A DNA stretch of 64,000 nt, taken from positions 160,001-224,000 of the forward strand of contig CAWIMJ010000012.1 of the NCBI GenBank assembly GCA_963837175.1, read 5' to 3'. Each line of letters opens with the position of its first letter. Within the stretch, counting starts at the first letter, position 1. The notes beneath the pieces were generated by a model that did not search any database, was not told the origin of the DNA, and was given only the letters and a program-made list of their open reading frames with translations. This document shows positions 36,154-47,430 of the stretch, in pieces. Source of the DNA: an uncultured Nitrososphaeraceae archaeon (GTDB lineage Archaea; Thermoproteota; Nitrososphaeria; Nitrososphaerales; Nitrososphaeraceae). Both the position numbers and the translations under genes were made by a program.

Positions 36154-36369
36154 GCCACTACTAGCCTTTCCATTCTTCAGGCAGTTGACGGAATTGCGCT
36201 CAAGAGGGCAGTGGATTCTTGGTCGTCTGCTGCTGTTCCTGCTGAAGAAAAAGCTGCCGCCTTTCCAGTTGAAGGGATATGATGGACTGAGATTGGCACC
36301 AATAGCATCTTCCGCATTCTCCAAGGAACAGTTATAGTAATCTTTGGAGTTGCAATTGTAAAAAGCTAA
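36154..36369 (+). pseudogene. Fragment of a membrane-protein gene
   Basis: ATTSLSILQAVDGIALKRAVDSWSSAAVPAEEKAAAFPVEGI*WTEIGTNSIFRILQGTVIVIFGVAIVKS: coding-like, internal stop, no start. Confidence 0.5.
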
Positions 36370-36378
36370 CTTTTTACA

Positions 36379-38448
36379 TTATGCTTTGGCATAAAAGCCA
36401 GACTTTCTTTCATATATCTGTCCGTTTTGCATTGCCTTTTTGATGAAAGTTTTAGCCTCATCCTCTGTAAACTTGCCTGACTTCACTAGTTCGTTAATGA
36501 AATTCTTCTCTTCGACATCATTTTTGTCTTGTCCAGAAAGAGCATTAAAAATTTCCATAAACATTTTCAATTTTGAAACTTCGCTATGGGGTTTACCATG
36601 AAGGACACCAAGATCTACTTTTCCTGTATTAACATCTACTCCTGCGGTTTCTAGCATTCTCTGTACAAGGTATATTGCACGTTCTGCGTCTTCTGCCTCT
36701 ACTTTATCTTTTAATAACAATCTGGCTCGGGCTGTCGATAATCTTACTAGACCTTCAAGCTGCCTAGGAGTAACAGTAATCATTCCTTCCGAATCAACAT
36801 TTCTCATTTTCATATAGTAATTTCTAATGATGTCAATTGCTTCAGTAGTCAATTTTGGTTCAATTTGTTTGGAAAATGCAAGGTATTTACTAAAGAGATC
36901 AATATAGATAGCAGGACGTGCAGCATGTTCTGAATCTCTATGTATTTCTAAAATATGACTTGCAACACGATTATCTTTCTCTTTTTCTGGTGTATCTCTT
37001 ATAACATATATGAGATCGAATCTAGTCAAAAGTGGAATTGGCATACTGACATTTTCTGTAATATTCTTGTATGGATCATACTTACCATACATAGGATTTG
37101 CTGCTGATAAAATGGATGTTCGAGCATTCAACGTGGCAACTATGCCCCCTTTTGCAACAGAACAAGTTTGCTGTTCCATTACTTCATGCAAAGCAGAACG
37201 ATCTTCTGCTTTTATCTTATCGAATTCATCGATGCATACTAGTCCTTGATCACCCAATACCACTGCACCAGCTTCCAGCATCATGATCCCTATCTTGTCG
37301 CGAATTACTGCTGCAGTCAAACCTGCTGCTGTTGATCCTCTTCCAGAAGTATAAAGCCCCCTTGGTGCAATTTTGGCAGCGAACTTTAACATTTCTGATT
37401 TGGCCGTACCAGGGTCACCAACCAAGAGTACATTAATGTCTCCCCTTCTAGTTGAACCATCGTCTAGTTTTTTTGTTACGGAACCAACAATTAACAGAAG
37501 AATTGCTTCTTTGATTACTTCATGGCCGTAGACATGTGGAGCAAACGAAGCAATTAGCTTGTCATAGGCATCTGGTTTACTTCCAATAGATACGATCTGT
37601 CTTTCGTCTTCAGTGCTGATTGCTATTCTTTCTACAGTACGTGTATCTTTACTGCCGGCCCGTCCGCCAAGGTATTCAATATTGTTTCCTTCCATTCGTA
37701 ATCTAAAAAGACTTGTTTTTATCTGGGGAGAAATTTGTTCCTGTTCTATCCTTATTATTCCAGTCAACATAATTCTATCGCCAGGGCGGCATTGATCTAC
37801 AAGGTCACCCATCACAGTGACTTCAACATAGTGTGGAAGCTGGCCTGCGGGCAGATCTTCTGGTAATTCCTGAAGTCTGACCATTTGAAAGTCGGTGAAA
37901 ATGCTATTTTCCGGAGCCATTTCAAGTTCTTTTTCTGAGCAATTTATACATTTCAAGGGTTTTTTCAGTATTAATCCTTTTAACTGTGCTTCATTAAGGG
38001 TATTGCAGTTGATACAACGATATCCAATTTTCTTGGCAAGCGGTTTAACTTCAGATGATCTGACCACCATTCCGGAAACTCCAATTAATTTGTCAATTAC
38101 GTCAGCATTAATATCACGCAGTCCTTTTTGTACAGTATAGTTTCCTATTCTGACTTTAATCTTATCTCTAATTTCCTGTGCATAATCTGGATGAATTTCA
38201 CTTAAGATAGACAATATTGCCTCATTAAATGCCTCAAGCATATCATCTGGATTGTGTGTAATTTGTTTAGCAAGGCCAGGATTGAATGTATCAAAGTCGA
38301 TATAATCTACTACTAGTGAAATAAGATTAGAGGCCATCATATGATTGATTCTATCAAAATACTTGTAGTTTCCTTCTCTATCCTTAAAAGCTCGTAAAAA
38401 TCGTTCCAAATCATTTGCTAATGCTGCGGTGGTCTGTTGTTCAGTCAA
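36379..38448 (-). CDS. mcm: MCM replicative helicase
   Basis: Zn finger CINC..CINC, GDPGTAKS, IDEFDK, AANP, TRFDL, TPRQLE. Confidence 0.98.
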   Translation of the reverse strand: MTEQQTTAALANDLERFLRAFKDREGNYKYFDRINHMMASNLISLVVDYIDFDTFNPGLAKQITHNPDDMLEAFNEAILSILSEIHPDYAQEIRDKIKVRIGNYTVQKGLRDINADVIDKLIGVSGMVVRSSEVKPLAKKIGYRCINCNTLNEAQLKGLILKKPLKCINCSEKELEMAPENSIFTDFQMVRLQELPEDLPAGQLPHYVEVTVMGDLVDQCRPGDRIMLTGIIRIEQEQISPQIKTSLFRLRMEGNNIEYLGGRAGSKDTRTVERIAISTEDERQIVSIGSKPDAYDKLIASFAPHVYGHEVIKEAILLLIVGSVTKKLDDGSTRRGDINVLLVGDPGTAKSEMLKFAAKIAPRGLYTSGRGSTAAGLTAAVIRDKIGIMMLEAGAVVLGDQGLVCIDEFDKIKAEDRSALHEVMEQQTCSVAKGGIVATLNARTSILSAANPMYGKYDPYKNITENVSMPIPLLTRFDLIYVIRDTPEKEKDNRVASHILEIHRDSEHAARPAIYIDLFSKYLAFSKQIEPKLTTEAIDIIRNYYMKMRNVDSEGMITVTPRQLEGLVRLSTARARLLLKDKVEAEDAERAIYLVQRMLETAGVDVNTGKVDLGVLHGKPHSEVSKLKMFMEIFNALSGQDKNDVEEKNFINELVKSGKFTEDEAKTFIKKAMQNGQIYERKSGFYAKA

Positions 38449-38983
38449 ATTTTTTTAACGCCCTTCCTTTGAACTCTGAAGCAGAGTTGTGAATTAGAAT
38501 ATAAAGTTCCTTTTCTTCAACTGACAGTTTTTCTTCTAATTCCGGTGAAAGAGGTGATGCAGCAGCTAATTTTACAATCTTTTCAAGACGCGAGGCAATG
38601 AATGAATTCAGTGAGACTATAACGTTTTCCCTTTCTCTTTCTCTTAATTCTTCAAGGTAATCGTTAACTCTAATGTAAAAATCGGGATCTAGCCCAGAGA
38701 GATCATGAGGTTTTGCGATCCTCTCACGGTTCAAAGCTCTTGAGAGATAGGCTGAAATGTCGGTATCTTGGATTTCAACATTGCCTTGTTCAAACAAAAT
38801 TTTTGCGACCCATCGACGAAGTGAAGAAATCTCACCTTCCTTTGCGTCAATTGTAACTCCATCTACTGACACCTTTAGGTCATGCTTATATGTTACGCGA
38901 ACATCTTCCATAAGATATTCTATCTGATAAGCACCCTGAATGGTTTCTATCTTTCCTAGTAAAGACGAGGAAGCTGCATTCAT
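38441..38983 (-). CDS. gins23: GINS complex subunit (Gins23-type)
   Basis: B-domain first (L.RWVA..L..G), FY..V and R.EKIVKLA motifs; overlaps the mcm start. Confidence 0.85.
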   Translation of the reverse strand: MNAASSSLLGKIETIQGAYQIEYLMEDVRVTYKHDLKVSVDGVTIDAKEGEISSLRRWVAKILFEQGNVEIQDTDISAYLSRALNRERIAKPHDLSGLDPDFYIRVNDYLEELRERERENVIVSLNSFIASRLEKIVKLAAASPLSPELEEKLSVEEKELYILIHNSASEFKGRALKKFD

Positions 38984-39116
38984 TGTATGTATATCTAGTT
39001 AGATGTTCCAATTAGTTATATCTTTTGTAAGGGCAATTTTTGTTAAGCTCTAAGCTAAATGAGAACTTTTAGTTAAGTTATTAATGCTGTAAAGAGCATC
39101 GAATTTTGAGGGACAT

Positions 39117-40112
39117 ATGTCAGCAATGAACAAACATTTCTCAAATTTGATGTGGGTCGAAAAATATCGTCCAGAGAAATTGGATGAAATCATAGATCAA
39201 AAAGAAATTATCCGTGGATTAAAAAATCTTATTAAGAATCCGGAAGAAATTCCACATTTACTATTTGCAGGACCTGCTGGAGTGGGTAAGACTACTACTG
39301 CGTTGTGTGTTGCAAAAGGGTTACTTGGAGAAGAATGGCAAAGAGATACTCTCGAACTAAATGCTTCCGATGAAAGAGGAATCAAGATGGTTCGTGAAAG
39401 AGTAAAAGAATTTGCAGCTGTAATGAAACTTACAACTAATAATAAAGAAGATAACAGGCCATTCAGAATAATAATTCTTGATGAAGCCGATGAAATGACA
39501 CAAGAAGCCCAGACTGCATTGAGAAGAATAATTGAAGATAGCTCTAGAACGACACGCTTTATATTTATCTGTAATTATCTAACACAGATTATCGAGCCAA
39601 TTCAGAGTCGATGTGTAGTTTTTCGCTTTACTAGATTAACAAATGAAGATATTGTAGGTCACTTGAAAGTCATCTGTCAAAAAGAAGGAGTAAAATATGA
39701 CGATAAAGCTCTTACACAAATTTACGCGGCTACTTCTGGAGATCTCCGCCATTCTATCAACATCCTACAAGCAGCTGCAGGGATGGGCTCTGTTTCACTG
39801 CCTAATGTTGTTGCATCAATAGGACTTTCAGGAAAGTTCAAAGTTGGAGAAATTATTAAGTTGGCTCTTTCTGGTAAATTCCAAGATGCCAGAGTTAAAT
39901 TGCTTGAGCTAATACAGGTGTATGGAATGTCCGAAAGCGATTTTCTCAAATATGCTAATCAGGAAGCTTATGGTATGAAATTGGATCGTCCAGATGAATT
40001 CGCTGCGCTAATGGCAGAATATGACTATAGACTTTTAGTTGGTGCACATCCCGAAATTCAATTATCAGCATTATTAGCCCAATTAGGAAAATTAGGCGCT
40101 AAGAACACATGA
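39117..40112 (+). CDS. rfcS: Replication factor C small subunit
   Basis: WVEKYRP, GPAGVGKT, LELNASDERG, ILDEAD, IQSRC. Confidence 0.97.
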   Translation: MSAMNKHFSNLMWVEKYRPEKLDEIIDQKEIIRGLKNLIKNPEEIPHLLFAGPAGVGKTTTALCVAKGLLGEEWQRDTLELNASDERGIKMVRERVKEFAAVMKLTTNNKEDNRPFRIIILDEADEMTQEAQTALRRIIEDSSRTTRFIFICNYLTQIIEPIQSRCVVFRFTRLTNEDIVGHLKVICQKEGVKYDDKALTQIYAATSGDLRHSINILQAAAGMGSVSLPNVVASIGLSGKFKVGEIIKLALSGKFQDARVKLLELIQVYGMSESDFLKYANQEAYGMKLDRPDEFAALMAEYDYRLLVGAHPEIQLSALLAQLGKLGAKNT

Positions 40113-40141
40113 AGAATTACAGTATATTTTTTACAAGTAAC

Positions 40142-40414
40142 TTAGTACTCTTCTTCAAACTCTTCTCCGCCTTCTTCTTCCTCTACTTCTTCAAAGTCTT
40201 CTTCAAACTCTTCTCTTTCTTCTGCACTTTTATATGGAAGATCTGCTTCACCAGGTGCTCCACAGACAGGACATTTGAATTCAATTGTTTGTCCTTCTAG
40301 ATCTATAGGAAATTCTTTAGAGAATACTTCATCACATTTTGAGCATACTAAAGTAGTCTGAATATTGTCCTGGCTAAATTTGTGTGACTGTACCCTGAAG
40401 ATTGTACTTGCCAT
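40142..40414 (-). CDS. Small Zn-ribbon protein with acidic tail
   Basis: CSKC..CPVC and a Glu-rich C-terminus. Confidence 0.75.
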   Translation of the reverse strand: MASTIFRVQSHKFSQDNIQTTLVCSKCDEVFSKEFPIDLEGQTIEFKCPVCGAPGEADLPYKSAEEREEFEEDFEEVEEEEGGEEFEEEY

Positions 40415-40548
40415 TCTTCTTACCTATAGGAAATTTTCTTTATTATAAGCCTTGTCATATATTTTATCAAGATAGCATATAATCGTCTATTTTATTTAAT
40501 CTTTTAAATATTATACTAATATACATCAGGTCTATTCTGTCTGCTTTT

Positions 40549-41142
40549 CTAAATTGCTCGCATCTCTGATTTGGAAGTATGTATAAGGGCAATAATATGT
40601 TCTCTGAGTTCTTTCTGGTCCAGAATACCGCGATGAGCTATTGTCATGATTAAGCTACCATTTCTTACACCACGCATTCTCATACAAAGATGCTCACATT
40701 CTGCTACAACTAATACTCCTTTTACTCCCATTTTCATTATTTCTTCAGTTATTTGTTTTGTCAATCTCTCTTGAATCTGCATTCTTCGAGAGAATTTTTC
40801 AACGAGACGGGCCAACTTAGATATCCCAAATACTCTGCCAGAGGGAACATATGCTATGTGTATTTTTCCATAAAACGGAAGCATATGGTGTTCACACATG
40901 CTGTAAAATTGGATATCTTTAGCAATAATTGCGTCAGTTTCTTCACCAAAACTCACGTCAAGCTCGGCGTTCATCCTGTATCCCGCAAAGATTTCCTCAT
41001 ACATATCAGCCATGCGTCTAGGTGTATCTATCAAACCCTCACGATCTGGATTTTCTCCTAACTCTATCAAAAGTTGTCTTAACAATTTTTCAATCTTTTT
41101 CTTGTTTATAGTATCTTTTTCCTTCATTTCATGCTGATGCAT
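40549..41142 (-). CDS. folE: GTP cyclohydrolase I
   Basis: GL.DTPRR, SMCEHH..PF, GISKLAR, QIQERLT, HLCM..RG. Confidence 0.95.
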   Translation of the reverse strand: MHQHEMKEKDTINKKKIEKLLRQLLIELGENPDREGLIDTPRRMADMYEEIFAGYRMNAELDVSFGEETDAIIAKDIQFYSMCEHHMLPFYGKIHIAYVPSGRVFGISKLARLVEKFSRRMQIQERLTKQITEEIMKMGVKGVLVVAECEHLCMRMRGVRNGSLIMTIAHRGILDQKELREHIIALIHTSKSEMRAI

Positions 41143-41150
41143 TGTTTCTT

Positions 41151-41882
41151 TTATCTGGCTCCTATTAACTTATGTAATTGTGGTATTATTCTAACGTCTC
41201 GGTATATTGGATAAACTGCATCATAAAATTCAAAAAGCTTTTCGACTGTTGGCTCATTTATTCCATAGCTTGGCTGTATTATAAATCCTGCTATATTTGC
41301 AATTTTCACATCTTTAAAGATTTTCTGAATTAAACCTTTAAACTCATAAAGCTCTGTCGAGTTTGATATTACAATTTTGATATATGTAATTTTATGATTC
41401 GTAATAGCAGCTTCAAGACATTCAAGTTCGTTGCACAAGAGGTTATCATAATATCTGACATCGATTACTTCTGAATCGCTCATTTTGAACTCTATTTTGC
41501 AAATATCGATAAATGGTAGAACCTGTACATATCTATTAGAATCAAAACATGCTGATTCTAGGTATGTCCTAAGTCCTTGTTCTTCCTTGACGAATTTGGC
41601 AAGTTCAATAACAGCCTCATATTGTATTAGCGGCTCGCCTCCAGTGAAGTTAACTTTGTACGTGTATGGTTGTAACTGTTCTTCAATCAGTCTCTTTGCC
41701 TCATCAATAGTATAGCTACTTCCGCTATCCAATGGCAATGCATAGGCGGTATCACACCAGTAACATTTCAAATGACAGCCGGCCATCCTCACAAACATTG
41801 TTTTTGTACCAAAAAAGATGCCCTCGCCTTCAATACTGGTGAATATTTCGCTTAGTTGTATTCTGTTAGAGACTTTTTGCAT
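41151..41882 (-). CDS. queE: 7-carboxy-7-deazaguanine synthase
   Basis: EIFTSIEGEG, CHLKCYWCDT, TGGEP, PQLHK. Confidence 0.93.
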   Translation of the reverse strand: MQKVSNRIQLSEIFTSIEGEGIFFGTKTMFVRMAGCHLKCYWCDTAYALPLDSGSSYTIDEAKRLIEEQLQPYTYKVNFTGGEPLIQYEAVIELAKFVKEEQGLRTYLESACFDSNRYVQVLPFIDICKIEFKMSDSEVIDVRYYDNLLCNELECLEAAITNHKITYIKIVISNSTELYEFKGLIQKIFKDVKIANIAGFIIQPSYGINEPTVEKLFEFYDAVYPIYRDVRIIPQLHKLIGAR

Positions 41883-42642
41883 AATGCGTTTTATCCTCGA
41901 TACCTGCCTTGCTAATTGCAACCTTCCTATTTATACACGATTCGCATTTTCCACAGTGCAAAGTATTTGTCCCACTGCTTTTTACGCCGTCAGAATAGCA
42001 ACTCCATGTTTTGAAAATTTCATCACCTATAACTTTGTATCCAATACTCAATAATTTAGATTTGTCTATTCCATCCATTGCAGGAGACCAGACAGTAATT
42101 TTCTGCCTCAAGCCTGATATAATGCCATCTATTTCTGCCATATTGAGGGTTCTAGTAATAGATTTTATAAATTCTGGACGGCAATCAGGATAATGAATAT
42201 CGCCACTATGAGCACCATATGCTACTAGATTCGCTTTTATGCTCATAGCCCATGCGGTTGCAATCGTAATGAAAATTGCATTTCGGATAGGGACAACAAT
42301 ACTGTAATCAAAATTTTTAGGTAAAAGCTGTTTGTTGTCTGTTAGAGCATTTGTTCTACCATAAAGGTTTTTCATAAATGAAATATCAACGATTCGATAA
42401 TCCTTCGCCTTCAAGACTTTTGAGAACTTACTAACCTGTCGAACTTCTTTTTTTGCTCGCTGTCCATAAATATAGGTGATTATGTATATATCATAACCTT
42501 TTTCTTTGGTTAAATAAGCTGCAGTACACACCGAATCAAGACCTCCGCTTACTATGCAAACTGCTGCCGCTCTGGCTTCTCTTTCTGATGATTGAGCATT
42601 ATTGTTCAATGACAAGACTGTATGCTGCCGCATTACAATCAC
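41866..42642 (-). CDS. queC: 7-cyano-7-deazaguanine synthase
   Basis: SGGLDS, VPIRN, YPDCRPEF, TWSCY, CGKCESC. Confidence 0.95.
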   Translation of the reverse strand: MIVMRQHTVLSLNNNAQSSEREARAAAVCIVSGGLDSVCTAAYLTKEKGYDIYIITYIYGQRAKKEVRQVSKFSKVLKAKDYRIVDISFMKNLYGRTNALTDNKQLLPKNFDYSIVVPIRNAIFITIATAWAMSIKANLVAYGAHSGDIHYPDCRPEFIKSITRTLNMAEIDGIISGLRQKITVWSPAMDGIDKSKLLSIGYKVIGDEIFKTWSCYSDGVKSSGTNTLHCGKCESCINRKVAISKAGIEDKTHYAKSL

Positions 42643-42923
42643 GTCTCATCTGCTCTAGGAGTGTTTGGAGATACATCAGAAGCACTTGCAACTCCTATAG
42701 TATCACATTGATCAATAGAAGAAGAAGAAGCATCTGTTCCTTTGCCCTTCTTTTTTCCTTCTTCACTTTCTATACAGGCATGACACATCCATATTCCATC
42801 GGTATAATGGCCAGTCTTCACCTTTCCGTGTTGTTCAATTTCAGTTTCCAATGAATCAGTAACAGGGGAACCACATTTGGAACATTCTGGTAATAATTTG
42901 ATCATGATATAGATAAGAGCCAC
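42639..42923 (-). CDS. Small Zn-finger protein
   Basis: CSKC..CHAC; overlaps the queC start. Confidence 0.6.
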   Translation of the reverse strand: MALIYIMIKLLPECSKCGSPVTDSLETEIEQHGKVKTGHYTDGIWMCHACIESEEGKKKGKGTDASSSSIDQCDTIGVASASDVSPNTPRADET

Positions 42924-43271
42924 TTCTTATTTTAGATTCTTGTAATTAGCTATTCTATTTATCTTACTTTTTCAATTGGTTTATTAGCAAAACATCTTGC
43001 ATTTAGTTTAGGAAACACTCTTAAATTCATCATAATAATGTTCAAATGCTGTCAAAAAGCAAACCTTGACTTTATCATTCCTCTTTTTTTCTCTATTATT
43101 CAAATCCATTCATTTTTGACATTTTGCCATCAGGATGCAAGAATCATATTGACCAGTCCTATAATTTGAAAATGCTTCTATAACATAGTTGAGTGTAGGA
43201 ACTTCAAATTGATCCCTAAATTCAGTTTTCTTAAATCTTCAACTATGAAATAGTTTGTATTACATATTACT

Positions 43272-44069
43272 TTGCAAGTCTCTAACAATAATGTTAAAGT
43301 AGCAATAATAACAGGTTCAAGTAGAGGTATTGGTAAAGCTATTGCTAAAGAATTTGCTAAGAATGGTTATTCTGTTATGCTAAACTCAAGAGATGAACAG
43401 GATCTAAGCAGAGCTGCCCAAGATATAGCTAATCAAATTGGAAATGATAATGTAGTTTCGTATATTCCAGGAGATGTATCACAAGAACATGTTTGTACAT
43501 CGTTGATAGAAGAAGCTATTAAAAGGTTTGGTAGACTCGATGTATTAGTAAATAATGCTGGCATTAGTGGTGTCTCGAAGAAAATAAGCGAAATATCAAC
43601 TAACGATTGGGATTATGTTATCGATGTAAATCTGAAAGGTGCATTTCTTTGTACCAGAGAAGCATTGAAGCATATGATTCAAAATAGCGATACTAACAAT
43701 ATTGCTAAAAATAATTATTCTATCATAAATATCTCTTCTGTTCACGAATCTATACCGCAGTCAGATGCGGCCCCTTATGCTGCTTCTAAAGGAGGTATGG
43801 AGATGCTAACAAAAAATACAGCTATGGAAGTATCCGATAAAGGTATACGCGTTAATGGTATCGCACCAGGAGCAATAGCAACAGATATGAATAAAGAATT
43901 ACTCGAAGACGAACAAAAGAAAAAAGAAGAAGAGCAGAGAATTCCACTTAAAAGAATTGGCCAGCCTGAAGAAATAGCTAAAGTAGCACTGTTTTTAGCT
44001 TCAGATAATGCAAGCTACATTACAGGGACAACAATCTATGCTGACGGTGGACTAACATTAATTTCATAA
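43272..44069 (+). CDS. Short-chain dehydrogenase/reductase (glucose 1-dehydrogenase-like)
   Basis: TGSSRGIG, NNAG, SSVHE, YAASKGG, PGAIAT. Confidence 0.92.
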   Translation: MQVSNNNVKVAIITGSSRGIGKAIAKEFAKNGYSVMLNSRDEQDLSRAAQDIANQIGNDNVVSYIPGDVSQEHVCTSLIEEAIKRFGRLDVLVNNAGISGVSKKISEISTNDWDYVIDVNLKGAFLCTREALKHMIQNSDTNNIAKNNYSIINISSVHESIPQSDAAPYAASKGGMEMLTKNTAMEVSDKGIRVNGIAPGAIATDMNKELLEDEQKKKEEEQRIPLKRIGQPEEIAKVALFLASDNASYITGTTIYADGGLTLIS

Positions 44070-44660
44070 GAAATAACAAATACAATTTAGAAGGTTACTG
44101 AAGGTAACGTAATACACTACTCTGCTTTTTAGCAGTTGATCTATATAGATAATAATAGTATTTTCTTCTACCGATAAAAATACCAGCAAGACTATCTGTG
44201 ATTAAACTTAAAACCTTAATAACTATGGCGGGAATTTTTTCATACAACATCCATACACTGAAATACTACTTCTAATATACACATGTTAAATAAATTGGGT
44301 ATTAACAGCAGTACCAGTAACAGCTTATAAATATCCTTAAGACATCGTAAGATAATTACATTAGTTGAAGAAATATCATTTGCAGGCAGTTCAAAAAATT
44401 GTTGTGTATAGTTTATTATTTTTATTGATATAATAGATTCTACCGGAATTACTACAACTGAAATAAATGATGCAGAAAAAATTAGAAGATATTATTCGAT
44501 ATTTATCAATACAATGGCATCTATAATTAGAGACTTCATGCAACCAAAATTAAACAGGAACTAATTAAATACTTAATATCATATATTTTATATGTATTTT
44601 ATACACATTTATGTAAATTGCCAATAATACACCTCATTTTTCGGTATCTTCTCTAGTCTA

Positions 44661-45230
44661 TTATTTTGTGATTATACCATAAATTCCACCTATGCCATAA
44701 GCAATTGATATAAAAATTCTAGATAGCATTATTGCAATATCTTGTTTGGCGATGAATAGAGTGGTATTGATCTCTACCACAATAGGAAGTGCGGTTAGAG
44801 AAACCAGGCCTACAATCATTTGCTCACGATTATCAAGTCCACTATACCTTTTCATTAGCAGGTATGTTGAAAAATTACCTAATCCGATGCCAAGTAAAAT
44901 GAAATACTGATACAGAGATGGAAATGCAGCTATTGCAACAAAAGGACCTGCCCAGCATATACCATTCAGAGCTTTTGCCCCAGTAGACCATTTCACACTA
45001 TGTTTCATTCTGTCTCCTATAGAAGACATTAATTTACGCGATTTGCCAAAAATTATACCAAAAGTGATACCAAAGCTTAGAATTGAAATGATGGCATAAT
45101 AATAGAAAGGTTCCTTGTTGATAAATGCAATTTCACTCAAAATAGTTGCGACACCTACTGCTATAGATATAGCGATGAAAAAAACTCCAAATACCCTTCT
45201 TACTTCATGCCCCTGTGGCTCGCTTTTCAA
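44661..45230 (-). CDS. Multi-pass membrane protein
   Basis: About 6 hydrophobic segments. Confidence 0.75.
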   Translation of the reverse strand: MKSEPQGHEVRRVFGVFFIAISIAVGVATILSEIAFINKEPFYYYAIISILSFGITFGIIFGKSRKLMSSIGDRMKHSVKWSTGAKALNGICWAGPFVAIAAFPSLYQYFILLGIGLGNFSTYLLMKRYSGLDNREQMIVGLVSLTALPIVVEINTTLFIAKQDIAIMLSRIFISIAYGIGGIYGIITK

Positions 45231-45379
45231 GAATAACTAAACTATAATAAACGATAATATGTTTTTAACTTCTCATATTTAGATTTTTGATAACCTGATC
45301 TCAAGGATGCTTTAGTTAACATCTAAGGATATAAAATTATAATGAGCGTCGTATTCTATGCATCGATACTATCTTTTCA

Positions 45380-45461
45380 GTCAACAATTCATCAGATAGC
45401 CCATCAATTGATTGTCAGATAATCGTCATTTGATTGTCAATTGATCGTCAAGAAGCCGTCA
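45380..45461. repeat. Helically phased RTCA array (about 11-bp period, 8 units)
   Basis: TCA at 45381, 45392, 45404, 45415, 45426, 45437, 45448 and 45459. Confidence 0.65.
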
Positions 45462-45465
45462 GGTA

Positions 45466-46198
45466 GGCTCTGTTCACTTAAAGATTCGTAATTGCTTGTT
45501 ATGATAACCTATGAATAGATTTAACCAATTCCACACATGTAATAATAATTTACAATTCTTCTTTCTGCAAGGGAAATAGTCATTATCAAAGCATTCGGTT
45601 CTATCTTTTTTATGTACTGCATTGTTCTTTCTCTCTAATGATGCTTTCTCTCATAAGAGAAATGGATATATGATGATGGGACAATCTCAAGAAGAACCTA
45701 CAAGCCTGTGGATAGATATCAAGTACCTCCTCCATCTGTGGAAACTAGATGTTGTTGACTATCATGAATCCCAACTAAGCTTGAAATAAATCACTCAGTT
45801 AAGAGCATAATTTCTCTCTTTAGATATATACTAATTCTATGGATTTCCTTACTCTCAAGTTCAATAGCAGCAACCTAAAGCCATATCAATTCTGAACCAA
45901 TTTTTATTAATGTTTCATAGATGATGATGATAAATTCCTCGATTTTCTTTTTCCTTCCTTTCAAATATCTTTTTGGGTTTATAGTTTTGTATCCAATTCC
46001 AGATTGATTGATACATGATTTCTCCTTTATAAAACAAGACGATAGTCTTTTGGATGTCTTTCTTAATCAAAGACCTGAAAAATAAAAAATATAGACCATA
46101 GTCAATATATTCTGAAGATGTTCTGTTTCTTGTATTCATAAAAAGAAGAGATAGGACACATCTTCAAGCTATAGATTTATCGTTAAGTGAACAGAGCC
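45466..46198 (-). mobile_element. Defective IS6-family insertion sequence
   Basis: Perfect 16-bp TIRs GGCTCTGTTCACTTAA / TTAAGTGAACAGAGCC; TSD GTCAGGTA/GTCAGGTG; broken transposase (IWNWIQ, DETLIKIG, STDGG, ERTMQY.KDRTECFD). Confidence 0.92.
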
Positions 46199-46364
46199 GT
46201 CAGGTGTCTCTTAAGGGATATATTCTGCTGACATGATATTTGCATTTTAATCAATAGTCCCACCATCATAAGGCGATCATGCAAAATTATATCAGGTAGG
46301 AAATTCTACATAGGAACAATGTACTCATTGAAATCAGCAATATTCACTGTTTTAAGCGCATGGT

Positions 46365-46550
46365 TTGACAGATGAAGAATTTGTTAATGTTGTTAACAAG
46401 GTAGTTACTTTGTCAGCGAATCATGGAATGGTAGTAGCTCAGATGGCTAATTTTATCCCACAAAAGGAGTTAGAGTTAGAGAAGCTGAATGGAGAACTAG
46501 AAGATACAAAAGTAAAACAACTTCAAGTATTGAGAGATTACAATATATAA
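46365..46550 (+). pseudogene. Coiled-coil gene fragment within decayed coding-like DNA
   Basis: 61-aa ORF; coding-like but interrupted sequence on both sides. Confidence 0.35.
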
Positions 46551-46946
46551 ACTAGGAATGATCTTGAAGAATAAGGATAAATAAATCATTAATTGACTAT
46601 ATTAAACAGCTAGAACAAAAAATATTAATTTAGATAGAGACTGCTAGCAAAGATTTTAAGATATTCACATTAGAATATGAATCTAGGATTCGTCAACAGG
46701 TACTGAATCGTAAATAAAAGTTGTATACGCCGTTACAATCACAGAAATCATTGAAGATAGTTAAGGGGACCTACTTTATCTTAATCCTAGCAAACTCATT
46801 GGTATAATAAAAAATCTTCCTCTTTAACTTGATAAAATCACTATAGGCATATGATTCCTGAATACATAGTGTGATCAGAAGATCAAAAGCAACAACAACC
46901 TAATAATGAAGTTGTTAAATAATGTTATGACGATACATATTATAAA

Positions 46947-47294
46947 ATGGCTGTTGATAGTACTACTACAAGATTTATCTGCAAAATTTGTAAAACCTGC
47001 AAAATGATATTCGAAGATCAATCTATCCTTAATCAACATACAGAGAATTATATCATTCCAAAAATAACGAATACTATAAATGATATCATTAATAGTCTAT
47101 TTGAAGGAACAATAATCTTTCCCAAAACAAAAGATGAAATTGTAAAAAATATAGACAACAAAAATAACGATGAGGCAGAAGTTACGCCTAAGATAATCGA
47201 TACCATACGATACTCTCTAGATAGGAGATACAATGATGAAGCTGATTTGGCTGTGGGATTGGAACAACAACCACAGAAAGGCATAGTAGTATAA
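46947..47294 (+). CDS. Small protein with N-terminal Cys/His Zn-finger-like motif and a DUF2795-like C-terminus
   Basis: CKICKTC..F....L..H; FPKTKDEIV..RRY. Confidence 0.55.
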   Translation: MAVDSTTTRFICKICKTCKMIFEDQSILNQHTENYIIPKITNTINDIINSLFEGTIIFPKTKDEIVKNIDNKNNDEAEVTPKIIDTIRYSLDRRYNDEADLAVGLEQQPQKGIVV

Positions 47295-47430
47295 AAGAGA
47301 ATATTCTGATATGGATATGGGGTAGGAAACAGAATTCTCACTTTTCTATATTGGCTATAATTTTGATGATAAGAGTTGATAATGATGAACAGCATAAACA
47401 TCTTTTTTTTGTTATGGGTATAATAGTAAA

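Noticed and set aside
36100-36370. GC-rich stretch as RNase P or SRP RNA
   Set aside because: Lacks the conserved RNA motifs and reads as a membrane-protein fragment
40549-42642. folE-queE-queC as a dpd DNA-modification system explaining the GCWGC errors
   Set aside because: No dpdA/tgt-like gene nearby; preQ0 synthesis for tRNA archaeosine in a core locus is the ordinary explanation
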